From assembly GCA_038153405.1 (NCBI GenBank), contig JAYOYH010000001.1:200403-264402 (forward strand): a stretch of DNA of 64,000 nt, read 5' to 3'. Shown here in pieces: positions 9,613 to 18,924 of the stretch; the stretch's first letter is position 1, and every line of letters starts with the position of its first letter. This stretch comes from Gemmatimonadota bacterium. Its GTDB lineage: Bacteria; Latescibacterota; UBA2968; UBA8231. Below the pieces are notes generated by a model. It was given only the letters and a program-made list of their open reading frames with translations. It was not told the origin of the DNA and did not search any database. The position numbers were made by a program, and so were the translations under genes.

Positions 9613-10050
9613 ATGAGCAACAAAACCTTTAGCCCCAAAGCTGGCGACATAGAGCATCAGTGGCACATCGTCGATGCCACGGACAAGGTTCTCGGACGTC
9701 TGGCCTCGCAGATTGCCCAGGTGTTGAAGGGCAAGCACAAGCCGACCTATGCGCCTCATATGGACATGGGCGATCACATTGTCGTCGTCAATATCGACAA
9801 GGTGCGCGTTACGGGATCGAAGGCCGATAAGAAGGTCTACCATCGGCATACCGGCTATCCGGGCGGGTTGCGCACGACGACCTACGAGCGCATGATGGAA
9901 GAACATCCCGATCGCATTCTCAAAAAGGCCGTATGGGGCATGTTGCCCAACAATCGCCTGGGGCGTCAGCTCTTGAAGAAGCTGCGCGTCTACTCCGGCC
10001 CCGAGCATCGGCACGAGGCCCAGCAGCCCCAGCCGTTGGAAATACACTAA
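9613..10050 (+). CDS. rplM: 50S ribosomal protein L13
   Basis: WHIVDA..VLGRLAS, GKHKPTY, HTGYPGG, GMLP, HEAQQP. Confidence 0.98.
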   Translation: MSNKTFSPKAGDIEHQWHIVDATDKVLGRLASQIAQVLKGKHKPTYAPHMDMGDHIVVVNIDKVRVTGSKADKKVYHRHTGYPGGLRTTTYERMMEEHPDRILKKAVWGMLPNNRLGRQLLKKLRVYSGPEHRHEAQQPQPLEIH

Positions 10051-10087
10051 ACGAATCGCTTGACTGCCAACGAGAGGTAGAGCATTA

Positions 10088-10480
10088 ATGCCTGGAGAAA
10101 GCTACGAAGCCACTGGACGTCGCAAGACGTCGGTCGCCCGCGTATGGTTGCGCCCCGGATCGGGAAATATCGTGATGAACGGGCGTCCCGTGAACGATTA
10201 CCTGCGCAGGGGCGCGCTGGAAATGATTCTGGTCCAGCCGCTCGATCTGACCGAGACGCGCGAACAATTTGACGTCCACATTTCGACGCGCGGTGGCGGT
10301 TTGCGCGGACAGGCTGGAGCGGCTTGTCTGGGTATCGCGCGCGCGCTGATCAAGTTCAACCCCGAAATGCGCACTTCGCTGAAAAAGGCGGGCTTTCTAA
10401 CCCGCGACGCACGCGAGAAAGAGCGCAAGAAGTACGGCTTGGCCGGTGCGCGCAAGCGCTTTCAGTTTTCCAAGCGCTAG
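10088..10480 (+). CDS. rpsI: 30S ribosomal protein S9
   Basis: [29 protein letters not shown]. Confidence 0.98.
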   Translation: MPGESYEATGRRKTSVARVWLRPGSGNIVMNGRPVNDYLRRGALEMILVQPLDLTETREQFDVHISTRGGGLRGQAGAACLGIARALIKFNPEMRTSLKKAGFLTRDAREKERKKYGLAGARKRFQFSKR

Positions 10481-10497
10481 CAGTAGTGCTGTAAATT

Positions 10498-10603
10498 CGC
10501 ACGCCCTCAGATGTAAGCAGAAGTGTGCCCGCGGGCGTTGCCTGCGGGTATTCTGCTTATAGGTGAAGAGGGCGGAGGCTCAACATAACATAGGAGTTAA
10601 CCC
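10498..10603 (+). promoter_or_regulatory. rpsB leader, S2 autoregulatory RNA-like structure
   Basis: Nested stems CGCCCTC/GAGGGCG, TAAGCAGAA/TTCTGCTTA, GCCCGCGGGC/GCCTGCGGGT; flanked by GCAC and GGAGGC as in known rpsB leaders. Confidence 0.7.
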
Positions 10604-11368
10604 ATGGCAGAGATCAATATTCGCGATCTGCTCGAAGCCGGCACCCATTTTGGGCACCAGACCCGCCGTTGGAATCCGAAAATGCGCCCGTTTATTTTCA
10701 CCGAGCGCAACAAGATCCACATTATCGACCTGCAGAAGACCGTTGGCAAGATCGAAGAAGCATGCCAGGTCGTGCGCGAGACGGCCCGCGCCGGCAAGTC
10801 GATTCTCTTTGTCGGCACGAAAAAACAGGCAGCCGATATCGTGCGCCAAGAAGCCGAGCGCTGCGAGCAGTTTTACGTCACCGATCGCTGGTTGGGCGGC
10901 ATGCTGACTAACTGGCCGACCATTCGCCAGAGCATTCGCCACCTCGACCACCTGGACCGAATCGCTACCGACGGCACCTACGACAAGCTCAAAAAGAAGG
11001 AAGTGCTGCTGCTGGAAAAGGAGCGCGCCCGCCTAGTGCGCACGCTGACGGGTATTCGCAATATGGGCGGCATTCCCGGTCTGGTCGTCATCGTAGATAT
11101 TCGCAAAGAGCACATCGCCGTGCGCGAGGCGACGAAGCTTTCCATTCCTGCCGTCGCCATCGTCGATACCAACTGCGACCCGGGCTTGGTCGACTATCCG
11201 ATTCCCGGCAACGACGATGCCATTCGTTCCATTGGCCTGATTGCCCAATATCTGGCCGATGCCGTTATCGAAGGACGGGCAGAGGCCGCCGCGGCCAAGG
11301 GCGAAGATAAGGGCGAAGCCGTCGGGGCTGCCGCTCAAGTGGTGGAAAAAACCGAATCCGCACAGTAG
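10604..11368 (+). CDS. rpsB: 30S ribosomal protein S2
   Basis: LLEAGTHFGHQTRRWNPKM, RWLGGMLTN, IPGNDDAIRS. Confidence 0.98.
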   Translation: MAEINIRDLLEAGTHFGHQTRRWNPKMRPFIFTERNKIHIIDLQKTVGKIEEACQVVRETARAGKSILFVGTKKQAADIVRQEAERCEQFYVTDRWLGGMLTNWPTIRQSIRHLDHLDRIATDGTYDKLKKKEVLLLEKERARLVRTLTGIRNMGGIPGLVVIVDIRKEHIAVREATKLSIPAVAIVDTNCDPGLVDYPIPGNDDAIRSIGLIAQYLADAVIEGRAEAAAAKGEDKGEAVGAAAQVVEKTESAQ

Positions 11369-11423
11369 GTGTGCGCAGAGAACAATCGAAAAAATTCATA
11401 CCCAAATAGCAGAGTAGAATCAA

Positions 11424-12023
11424 ATGGCAGAAATATCGGCAAAAGCAGTAATGCAGCTCCGCAAGCAGACGGGGTTGGGCATGATGGACTGCAAGAAGGC
11501 CTTGCAAGAAACCGAGGGCGACGTCGACAAAGCGGTTGAGTACTTGCGCAAGCAAGGGATGGCCGCTGTCGAAAAACGCGCAGGTCGCGATGCGACCGAT
11601 GGGCTCATCGTCTCCTATATTCATCCGGGTAGCCGTCTCGGCGTGCTGGTAGAAGTCAACTGCGAGACGGACTTTGTCGCGCGCACCGATGATTTCCAGC
11701 AATTTGCCCGCGACGTGGCCATGCACATAGCTGCTGCCCAGCCAATGGCTGTGGATCGCGATGGTATTGATGCACAGGTATTGGATAAGGAGCGGGTTAT
11801 CTACCTCGAGCAGGCCAAAAACGAGGGCAAGCCGGAGAATATAGCCGAGAAAATAGTTCAGGGGCGCGTGGAGAAGTTCTTCCAGGAAAATTGCTTGATG
11901 GAACAGCCGTTTGTGAAGAATCCCGACCAGACGATTGATGAGATGATCGTCGAGCTAACGGCGAAGATCGGCGAGAAAATAGGCGTGCGCCGCTTTGCCA
12001 GCTTCCGTTTAGGTGAAGAGTAG
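11424..12023 (+). CDS. tsf: Elongation factor Ts (short form, 199 aa)
   Basis: GMMDCKKAL, EVNCETDFVA, GKPENIAEKIV. Confidence 0.97.
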   Translation: MAEISAKAVMQLRKQTGLGMMDCKKALQETEGDVDKAVEYLRKQGMAAVEKRAGRDATDGLIVSYIHPGSRLGVLVEVNCETDFVARTDDFQQFARDVAMHIAAAQPMAVDRDGIDAQVLDKERVIYLEQAKNEGKPENIAEKIVQGRVEKFFQENCLMEQPFVKNPDQTIDEMIVELTAKIGEKIGVRRFASFRLGEE

Positions 12024-12063
12024 CGCACGGCAATAACGCGCAGCGCAAGCGGGGGTAGACATC

Positions 12064-12624
12064 ATGTTAGATGAAGTGATTGAGGATGTGAAGGGCCATA
12101 TGAACAGCGCGATTGAAGCGCTGCGCCGAGACTTGGCGGGCATCCGCACGGGGCGGGCATCGACGGCCATGTTAGAGCATTTGAAAGTCGCCTACTACGG
12201 CAACCTATCGCCGATTAACCAGGTGGCTACACTCAGTGTTCCCGAGCCCAGGCTGATTGTGATAAAGCCGTGGGAAGCCAATCTGATCCCAGAGATCGAA
12301 AAGGCAATCCGCGCCGAAAAGAGCCTCGGTCTCAATCCCGCCAATGACGGCGCGATCATTCGCTTGCCGATTCCCGAACTGACGGAGGAGCGGCGGCGCG
12401 ACTTTACCAAGGTTGCGCGTCAGCGCGGCGAAGACGCGCGCGTTGCAGTGCGCCACGCCCGCCGCGACGGCAACGATATGCTGCAGGAAGCGCAGAAGGA
12501 CGGCGAGATTTCAGAGGATGACTCGCGCCATGGTCAGGATCAGGTGCAAAAACTGACGGATGAGTTCATTGCCCGCATAGACGAGATTGTCAAGAACAAA
12601 GAAGCTGAGATTATGGAAGTGTAG
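12064..12624 (+). CDS. frr: Ribosome recycling factor
   Basis: IRTGRAS, GLNP.NDG, PELTEERR, KEAEIMEV. Confidence 0.97.
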   Translation: MLDEVIEDVKGHMNSAIEALRRDLAGIRTGRASTAMLEHLKVAYYGNLSPINQVATLSVPEPRLIVIKPWEANLIPEIEKAIRAEKSLGLNPANDGAIIRLPIPELTEERRRDFTKVARQRGEDARVAVRHARRDGNDMLQEAQKDGEISEDDSRHGQDQVQKLTDEFIARIDEIVKNKEAEIMEV

Positions 12625-12646
12625 ATCGGCGCAGTTCAAGCGGTCC

Positions 12647-12692
12647 AAAGCGGTCTATTTCTCTCGCGAGATAGGCCGCTTTACCTTTTTTT
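12647..12692. terminator. Terminator hairpin between convergent genes
   Basis: AAAGCGGTCTAT...ATAGGCCGCTTT followed by ACCTTTTTTT. Confidence 0.65.
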
Positions 12693-13175
12693 ACCCGCGT
12701 TGAGCCGGTTTATTTTATCGAGCAACTGGTTTTCTATCTGGCCGCGATTGTTCTGTATGGATTGGGGTGGTGGTTCGTCTTTGGCCGCTGGCGGGCGGGG
12801 AGATCCTTCTTTGGTCGCCGGTGACAGGGTTTCGGATGCGGCGATCTCCTCGCGGTATAAGTCGATCTTATAGGCCTGCAAATGGGCTAGGTCTGCGTAG
12901 TTGAGCAGATGAGCCTGCCGCTCTACCAACGCGACATTCAGGCCGTCTAGGGCCTCTTCGGCGCGCTGTTGCAGGGTTGCCACGCGTTTGGCATCAACGG
13001 CTTGTAGGGCGGCGGACTGCCGCGCGATTTCTTCGTCGATGAGATGGCGCCTGCCGTTGAGCAGGCGCAGCTGTGTGGTCGCCTCTTTGTTGCGCCTGTG
13101 TACCCAGATGAGGACCAACGAGGTCAGGGCAGTCAAAGCGGAGAGCGAGACAATCAGATAGATGGTGCTCATCAT
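12681..13175 (-). CDS. Hypothetical membrane-anchored coiled-coil protein
   Basis: N-terminal TM helix, heptad-like helical body; fills gap between frr and GGDEF gene. Confidence 0.65.
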   Translation of the reverse strand: MMSTIYLIVSLSALTALTSLVLIWVHRRNKEATTQLRLLNGRRHLIDEEIARQSAALQAVDAKRVATLQQRAEEALDGLNVALVERQAHLLNYADLAHLQAYKIDLYREEIAASETLSPATKEGSPRPPAAKDEPPPQSIQNNRGQIENQLLDKINRLNAGKKR

Positions 13176-13268
13176 CGGCGCAAGGCTTGTAATAGGGGTG
13201 GGATGTCTGTTAATTTATCACTGGGCAACGAGGTTGGCAAACGCATTGTTTGCCGCGTTTAAATAGGG

Positions 13269-13925
13269 ATGGAAAGCAATATGTCCGATGGGCGTGATGC
13301 GAACGACTCCATAGAAGACCTGCGCGCCGAAGTTGTGCGTCTGCAGCAAGAAAACGAAAAGCTCCGCGCCAGCAATCGACGGTGGATGCGCATTGCGGGT
13401 ACAGATGATCTGACGGGATTGCCCAACAAGGTGTACTTCTCATCGGCGATTTTACCCCAGCTTATAAGCCAGGCGAAAGCCGGCAGTGAGAATTTTGTAT
13501 GCATTATAATAACTCCAGATAAGCTCGGAGAGATCAACCAGAACTACGGGCGGGCCGCCGGCGATCAAATCGTTTGCGATATGGCGAAATTTTTGAAAGA
13601 GCACGTGGGAAAAGATGAGAAGATTATCCACAGTGATGGCGCCAATTTTATCTTGCTCATACCTAACGGCGGCGAGGAAGCCTGCAAGCGGCGCACGCGC
13701 CAAATTCGAGCGCGCATCGTTTCGCGCCAGTTTGAATGCGGAAGCAGTTCGGTCAGCTTGACCTTGAGTATGGGAACCGTAATAGTCGAGCCCAGCACCA
13801 TAGGCGAGGCGATGCAGGCCAAGGACGTTGCCGACCAAATAATGACCCAACTAAGCGCTGCGCTGGATCAGGCAAAAAAGGCCGGCGGCGATCAGATCAT
13901 AGACGGCGAAACGGTGCACTGCTGA
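13269..13925 (+). CDS. Coiled-coil + degenerate GGDEF domain protein
   Basis: TDDLTGLPN, INQNYGRAAGD, LTLSMG, ALDQAKKAG; A-site reads HSDGANF. Confidence 0.85.
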   Translation: MESNMSDGRDANDSIEDLRAEVVRLQQENEKLRASNRRWMRIAGTDDLTGLPNKVYFSSAILPQLISQAKAGSENFVCIIITPDKLGEINQNYGRAAGDQIVCDMAKFLKEHVGKDEKIIHSDGANFILLIPNGGEEACKRRTRQIRARIVSRQFECGSSSVSLTLSMGTVIVEPSTIGEAMQAKDVADQIMTQLSAALDQAKKAGGDQIIDGETVHC

Positions 13926-13952
13926 CGTGTTAGATGTGCGTACAAAGGGCCG

Positions 13953-14828
13953 TTGATGCTCTCTTCGCTCGTACTTTCGACGCGCCCTCGCCAGTGGGTT
14001 AAGAATGTCTTCGTCTTTCCTGCGCTTCTATTCTCCCAACACCTCTTTGATGCAGAATACGTGGCGCGCAGCGCGCTGGCAGCGCTGTGCTTCTGCTTGC
14101 TGAGTGGAGCAGTCTACTTGTTTAACGACGTGCTCGACCGAGAGCGCGATCGCCTGCATCCAACGAAGAGCAAACGCCCCATTGCCTCTGGTCGCCTGCC
14201 GGTGTCGTTGGCATTGGCTTCGTCATGCTTTCTCGGCGCCATCGGCATCGGCGCTAGTTTTGTTCTGCACGTCGATTTTGGCTGGGTCGCACTGACCTAT
14301 GCGCTGATGAATCTGGCCTACTCGCTGCACCTAAAGCACGTTGTTCTCTTGGATGTGCTTATCGTGGCCGCAGGTTTTCTCCTGCGCGCCCTAGGTGGGG
14401 CGCTGGCTATCCAAGTCTATATATCGACTTGGTTTGTGCTCTGCACATTCATGTTGGCGCTCTTTTTAGCGTTGGTTAAGCGCCGTCAAGAACTGGTCGT
14501 CCTCGATGAAAGGGCGGGTCAGCATCGGGCCATTCTCGAGGAATATAGCCTGCCCTTCCTCGATCAGATCATATCCGTGTTGACCGCATCGACCTTGGTG
14601 TGTTACGCGCTGTACGCGATGGGCGTCGGCGACGAGACGGGGATGGGAGCGCGGATGCAGTGGACCATTCCGTTTGTGCTGTATGGCGTGCTGCGCTACC
14701 TCTACGTCGTCTATCACCAGGGCCAGGGGGAAAATCCCACCACTGTGGTCTGGAGCGATCGGCCGCTACAGTTCTGTGGCGTACTGTGGATCCTCGCTTC
14801 GGCCTATGGCGTTTATAGCACGCCATAG
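13953..14828 (+). CDS. UbiA-family polyprenyl-phosphate phosphoribosyltransferase
   Basis: RPRQWVKN, YLFNDVLDRERDRLHPTK..RPIASG, KRRQEL, GENPT. Confidence 0.9.
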   Translation: MMLSSLVLSTRPRQWVKNVFVFPALLFSQHLFDAEYVARSALAALCFCLLSGAVYLFNDVLDRERDRLHPTKSKRPIASGRLPVSLALASSCFLGAIGIGASFVLHVDFGWVALTYALMNLAYSLHLKHVVLLDVLIVAAGFLLRALGGALAIQVYISTWFVLCTFMLALFLALVKRRQELVVLDERAGQHRAILEEYSLPFLDQIISVLTASTLVCYALYAMGVGDETGMGARMQWTIPFVLYGVLRYLYVVYHQGQGENPTTVVWSDRPLQFCGVLWILASAYGVYSTP

Positions 14829-15056
14829 GTCGCTCTTAGACAGAGCCGTGCACCTTGATCCGGCTATCAATCGATTCTTCTGTAATATGCGATGGATTCG
14901 CCGTCGCACGCTGCGCAGTGCGAGTTACCACCGGGGCGTGCCGCGGCGGTTGACTCCGGAATTGGGGAAGGCGGTCCGGCGTCAGGTGTGTGAAATTGGG
15001 TGGCGTGTTTGACGGTGTTGAGCTTATTTTCGGTGGGATGCCGAGTGCAGCGAGGG

Positions 15057-15097
15057 GAGGTCTGCTAATCCACAGCTTAGCAGACCTCGGGTTTTTT
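15057..15097 (+). terminator. Perfect 12-bp hairpin just beyond the tRNA 3' end
   Basis: GAGGTCTGCTAA-N8-TTAGCAGACCTC then GGGTTTTTT. Confidence 0.65.
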
Positions 15098-15172
15098 GGT
15101 GGAGCTGGACGGGATCGAACCGACGACCTCAGGCTTGCAAAGCCCGCGCTCTCCCAACTGAGCTACAGCCCC
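15097..15172 (-). tRNA. tRNA-Ala(TGC)
   Basis: GGGGCTGTAGCTCAGTTGGGAGAGCGCGGGCTTTGCAAGCCTGAGGTCGTCGGTTCGATCCCGTCCAGCTCCACCA; G3:U70; encoded CCA. Confidence 0.97.
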
Positions 15173-15180
15173 AAACTAAG

Positions 15181-15411
15181 TTATTCGCGTGCGGCTTTTT
15201 CGGAGGATTCGTCCTTCTCAAACGTGAGTAGGACGGTGGAGGCAATAAAGAGAGAGAAAAAGGCAAAGCCGAAAATATCGGCGCGAAACGAATCGTACGC
15301 CTCGTGTAGAGCGTCGATGGGAATGGCGTAGCCACCCAAACACACGAGGTAGAGCACGATGCTTATCAGCTGTACTTTCTCAAGAAACTCTTTGCTCTTT
15401 TCCCAGGCCAT
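15181..15411 (-). CDS. Small two-TM hypothetical protein (76 aa)
   Basis: GGAG RBS, ATG, two hydrophobic helices, upstream sigma70-like promoter. Confidence 0.6.
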   Translation of the reverse strand: MAWEKSKEFLEKVQLISIVLYLVCLGGYAIPIDALHEAYDSFRADIFGFAFFSLFIASTVLLTFEKDESSEKAARE

Positions 15412-15440
15412 GCCGTTCTCCAAACCGCTTTAGTTATAGA

Positions 15441-15469
15441 AAAATAGAAATAATGCGTCCAACCGTCAA
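15441..15469 (-). promoter_or_regulatory. Sigma70 promoter for small ORF + tRNA-Ala
   Basis: Minus strand TTGACG-N17-TATTTT. Confidence 0.55.
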
Positions 15470-15485
15470 TTAGAGTGAATGTCCT

Positions 15486-16667
15486 ATGAGCGAAGTTGTA
15501 GTCGTCAATGCCGTGCGCACGCCGACCGGGCGTTTCGGCGGTTGTTTCAAAGCGTTCGGCGCCGTGCCCCTGGCTGCCCGCGTCATTGAGGATGTACTGA
15601 CTCGAACGGGCATGGATGGATCATCGGTCGATGAAGTTATCATGGGCATGGTGTACCAGGGCGGGGCGCGCGCTAATCCGGCGCGCCAGGCCGCACTCGC
15701 TGCCCAGCTGCCGCATGAGGTGCCGGCTATGACGATCAACAAGTTGTGTGGATCAGGACTCAAATCGGTCGGCCTGGCCTGGCAGGCACTGCAGGTGGAT
15801 GCGGCCGATATCGTCGTAGCCGGTGGCATGGAAAATATGAGCCAGGTGCCCTATGTGCTACACGGTGCGCGCTGGGGACAGCGACTTGGCCACGGTCAGA
15901 TAGAAGATATGATGCTCTTAGACGGGCTTTGGGATTGTTTTTACGATTGTCATATGGGCGTTACCGCAGAGAATTTGGCGGAGCAATACGGCATCGATCG
16001 GCAGGCACAGGATGCCTTTGCTATAGAGAGTCAGCAGCGCTGGTCGCGCGCCCACGCGGCCGACCTGTTCCGGGACGAACTTACCACAGTGCACGTCGAA
16101 GCCAAGGGGGGGACAGTGGCCTGTGTCGTTGACGAGCACCCGCGTCCGGAAACTACGGCAGAGCAGTTGGCGACACTAAAACCCGCTTTTAAACGGGATG
16201 GCACGGTGACCGCGGGAAATGCGTCGGGTATCAACGATGGTGCTGCTGCGCTACTGCTGATGCGCGCGGAGGGCGCGCGGGCAGCGGGCTTGAAACCGCT
16301 GGCTTTTGTGCGCGATGTCGTTAGCGTCGGCGTGGATCCCCAAGTGATGGGCATCGGCCCGGCTCCGGCCATTCGCAAGCTGCTCGAACGCGCCGGTATG
16401 CATCTGGATGCCGTTGGGCGCATTGAGCTCAACGAAGCGTTCGCCGCCCAGAGCTTGGCCGTCGGCCGCGCGCTGGACTTGGACTGGCAGCGCGTCAATG
16501 TAAACGGTGGAGCCATTGCTATGGGGCACGCGGTTGGGGCCAGCGGTGCGCGCGTGGCGACGACGCTTTTGCACGAGATGGCGCGCAGCGGTCAGCGCTA
16601 CGGCGTGGCGTCGCTGTGCATCGGCGGGGGCATGGGCATTGCCGCCCTATTTGAGCGCTGCGAATAA
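15486..16667 (+). CDS. Acetyl-CoA C-acetyltransferase (thiolase)
   Basis: NKLCGSG, GGMENMS, NEAFAAQ, NGGAIAMGH, SLCIGGGMG. Confidence 0.95.
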   Translation: MSEVVVVNAVRTPTGRFGGCFKAFGAVPLAARVIEDVLTRTGMDGSSVDEVIMGMVYQGGARANPARQAALAAQLPHEVPAMTINKLCGSGLKSVGLAWQALQVDAADIVVAGGMENMSQVPYVLHGARWGQRLGHGQIEDMMLLDGLWDCFYDCHMGVTAENLAEQYGIDRQAQDAFAIESQQRWSRAHAADLFRDELTTVHVEAKGGTVACVVDEHPRPETTAEQLATLKPAFKRDGTVTAGNASGINDGAAALLLMRAEGARAAGLKPLAFVRDVVSVGVDPQVMGIGPAPAIRKLLERAGMHLDAVGRIELNEAFAAQSLAVGRALDLDWQRVNVNGGAIAMGHAVGASGARVATTLLHEMARSGQRYGVASLCIGGGMGIAALFERCE

Positions 16668-16743
16668 ATGACCGGCGGGCAGTGCGCGGCGCGTCTCGTT
16701 CGTCTGCCGACTGCACCGGACCGCCCGCCGAGTCATGGGGGGA

Positions 16744-17154
16744 TCAGGCTGCTTCCAAGAGCTCGTCTGAGTCGCCTTCGTCAATAGGCGCCTCGTCTGC
16801 TGCCGATGCGCTCCTTTCCAGGATCTGCAGGTTGCGCACCTGGATATCGATTTTCGAGTGGCTTTTTTCCTCTTCGTCGCGCCAGGTTCGGCTTTGCAGT
16901 CGCCCGCTGGCGAAGACGGGCGTGCCTTTGTGCAGGCGTTGGGCAAACGACTCGGCTGCTTTCTGCCACAGTACGATATCGAAGAACGACGTTTCTTCCT
17001 GCCACTCGTCGTTGCGATCGCGGTAGGTTCGGTTGACGGCCAGGCGCGCCGTCAGGCGTGCCGTGCCGCTGTCGCTGAGCGCAAACTCGGGGTCTTGGAC
17101 GAGGCGTCCGCTGAGGGCGACTTGGTTGATATGGGGCATTTTGAGCAGCGACAT
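16744..17154 (-). CDS. ssb: Single-stranded DNA-binding protein paralog
   Basis: GGAGG RBS; INQVALSGRLVQDPE, LAVNR, GRLQSRTW; tail DELLEAA. Confidence 0.9.
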   Translation of the reverse strand: MSLLKMPHINQVALSGRLVQDPEFALSDSGTARLTARLAVNRTYRDRNDEWQEETSFFDIVLWQKAAESFAQRLHKGTPVFASGRLQSRTWRDEEEKSHSKIDIQVRNLQILERSASAADEAPIDEGDSDELLEAA

Positions 17155-17300
17155 AGAGTACCTCCGGTTGGCTTGGGGGATGAGACGCAACGCGTTGTGT
17201 GGACGCCTTAAGCAGGAAGTGTGCCACGTCGTCGCTCTATTGTGTAACATGCTGATTTACCGGGTTTTTCTGAAGCAAAGTTGGCTTGCGATGAGCTACT

Positions 17301-18848
17301 GTGTGTAACGACAGGGATACGGTCTTGGGTAACCATCTATACGAGCCCCATCCGGATGGAGCGCTAGCACAGCACTTCACGCCGCTAGGCGTAGCGCAGC
17401 GCATTTGGCAGATCGTGAAAATGCGAGGGCGCCCTGCGCTGGCTGCGCAGCCGCGCGTTATTGATCTGGCGGCCGGCGCGGGTGCGTGGCTAGAGGCGGT
17501 ATTGGAAAGCGGCGATGTGCAACGGGAAGATGCACACGGCATTGAAATCGACCGCCGCTGGCAGCTGCGCTCGGGCATCAGCCACACGGGGGATGGTCTG
17601 CTGGGCGACTTTCCCGGCGTCGAGGCTGATAGTTTCGATGCGGTAATTGGCAATCCTCCATTTGGTAAGCTGGGGCCATTTCTCACGGCGATGGGCGACC
17701 CAAGCGCCCACGCGTTAGCGGCGCGCTTCCAACTGTGGAATATCATTGGGCAAAGCGCATCGAGCTTTCCCGTCGAATGGCTATTTGTCGAGCGCGCGCT
17801 GCAGGTCGCGCGTCCGGGTGGATGGGTTGCGCTGATCCTGCCCGAAGGGCTGCTGACCAATGCGCGCTGGCAAAAGGCGCGCGACTGGCTGTTAGAACGG
17901 GTGCAGCTATGCGACGTCGTTGGACTGCCCGCCGCGGTGTTTCGCGGGGGGGGACTCAACGCCCGCACGGCATTTATCGTCTTTCAGAAGGGAGCGGGAC
18001 GCCGCGCGCGGCGCGTGCGCCTGGTCGGGGTAAAGGGGCCCGAGGTCGGCATAGATGTCGACGCCTATTTGCGCCAGGTATGTGAAGGGAGCGGCGACCG
18101 CTTGTGTTCGATGAGCATTCAACAGCGCCAGTTGATGGACAGGCGCTGGGATTGCAGCTACTGGCGCGGTGCCGCGCACGTGCGCCGGCTAGCGCGGCGC
18201 TTTGGGCTGCGGCCGTTGGGCGACTTTATCGAACACCTAACCTATGGGCCCATTATTACTGGGCGCAGACCCGAACACGTCGAGGGGGGGATACCCGTTA
18301 TTCGCCAGGGGGATATCGCCGAAACGGGCCTTGAGGAAAGCACTTTGCTCAGGGTAGAGGCCTGCGGTGACTTTGATCCACAGCGCAGCCGCGTGCGGCG
18401 GGGTGACTTGCTTCTGCCGCGTTCGGGTGCCGGCGCGCTGGGGCGCAATCGCACAGCAGTATACGCCGGGCGCGCGCAGGCCAATATCGGCTGCTTCGTC
18501 GATCTGGTGCGCCTGCGCGGAATTAATCCGTACTATGCTTGGTTTTTCTTTAAGACGCCCACGGGTTGGGAGCAGATCGCCGCGCTGATTAATGGCGTGG
18601 GTACACCCAATATAAATTTCGGTGAAATTCGCTCTTTGTCTGTAGTGGAGGCGCCAGAGCAGGTGCAGCAAGCCGTAGAATGGCGCTACCGTCACGAAGT
18701 GCTGCCGTGGCACCGAAAGCGGTTGCACAGCGCGCAGGCCCGTGCCCAAGGCGAACGCCAATTCCGCGCTATTGTCGGCGACTTACAGCGCTTTCTCTCC
18801 GGTGGAATGCGCGAGTCCTTTCTTGTCGGGCGTGCGGGAGCTGCTTAG
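17301..18848 (+). CDS. N6-adenine DNA methyltransferase fused to an HsdS-like target recognition domain
   Basis: QHFTP, IDLAAGAG (motif I), VIGNPPF (motif IV), LILPEG; C-terminal LGDFI..YG, IPVIRQGDI, GDLLL.RSG, NIN..EIRSL. Start uncertain. Confidence 0.8.
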   Translation: MCNDRDTVLGNHLYEPHPDGALAQHFTPLGVAQRIWQIVKMRGRPALAAQPRVIDLAAGAGAWLEAVLESGDVQREDAHGIEIDRRWQLRSGISHTGDGLLGDFPGVEADSFDAVIGNPPFGKLGPFLTAMGDPSAHALAARFQLWNIIGQSASSFPVEWLFVERALQVARPGGWVALILPEGLLTNARWQKARDWLLERVQLCDVVGLPAAVFRGGGLNARTAFIVFQKGAGRRARRVRLVGVKGPEVGIDVDAYLRQVCEGSGDRLCSMSIQQRQLMDRRWDCSYWRGAAHVRRLARRFGLRPLGDFIEHLTYGPIITGRRPEHVEGGIPVIRQGDIAETGLEESTLLRVEACGDFDPQRSRVRRGDLLLPRSGAGALGRNRTAVYAGRAQANIGCFVDLVRLRGINPYYAWFFFKTPTGWEQIAALINGVGTPNINFGEIRSLSVVEAPEQVQQAVEWRYRHEVLPWHRKRLHSAQARAQGERQFRAIVGDLQRFLSGGMRESFLVGRAGAA

Positions 18849-18924
18849 TTTCGATGGGGGGCGCGATATCCAATTACACCGCTTACACCGCGCGCGTGCA
18901 GCGCGGTTGTCCGCGAGTCGACCG

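Noticed and set aside
17237..17968. 243-aa minus-strand ORF
   Set aside because: Shadow of the methylase gene; low-complexity translation.
15097..18848. Genomic island at tRNA-Ala carrying ssb and methylase
   Set aside because: No integrase, no duplicated tRNA 3' end seen, and the genes lie on the tRNA 5' side with native composition.
18875..18892. TTACACCGC tandem duplication
   Set aside because: Only two 9-bp copies; no array or other support.
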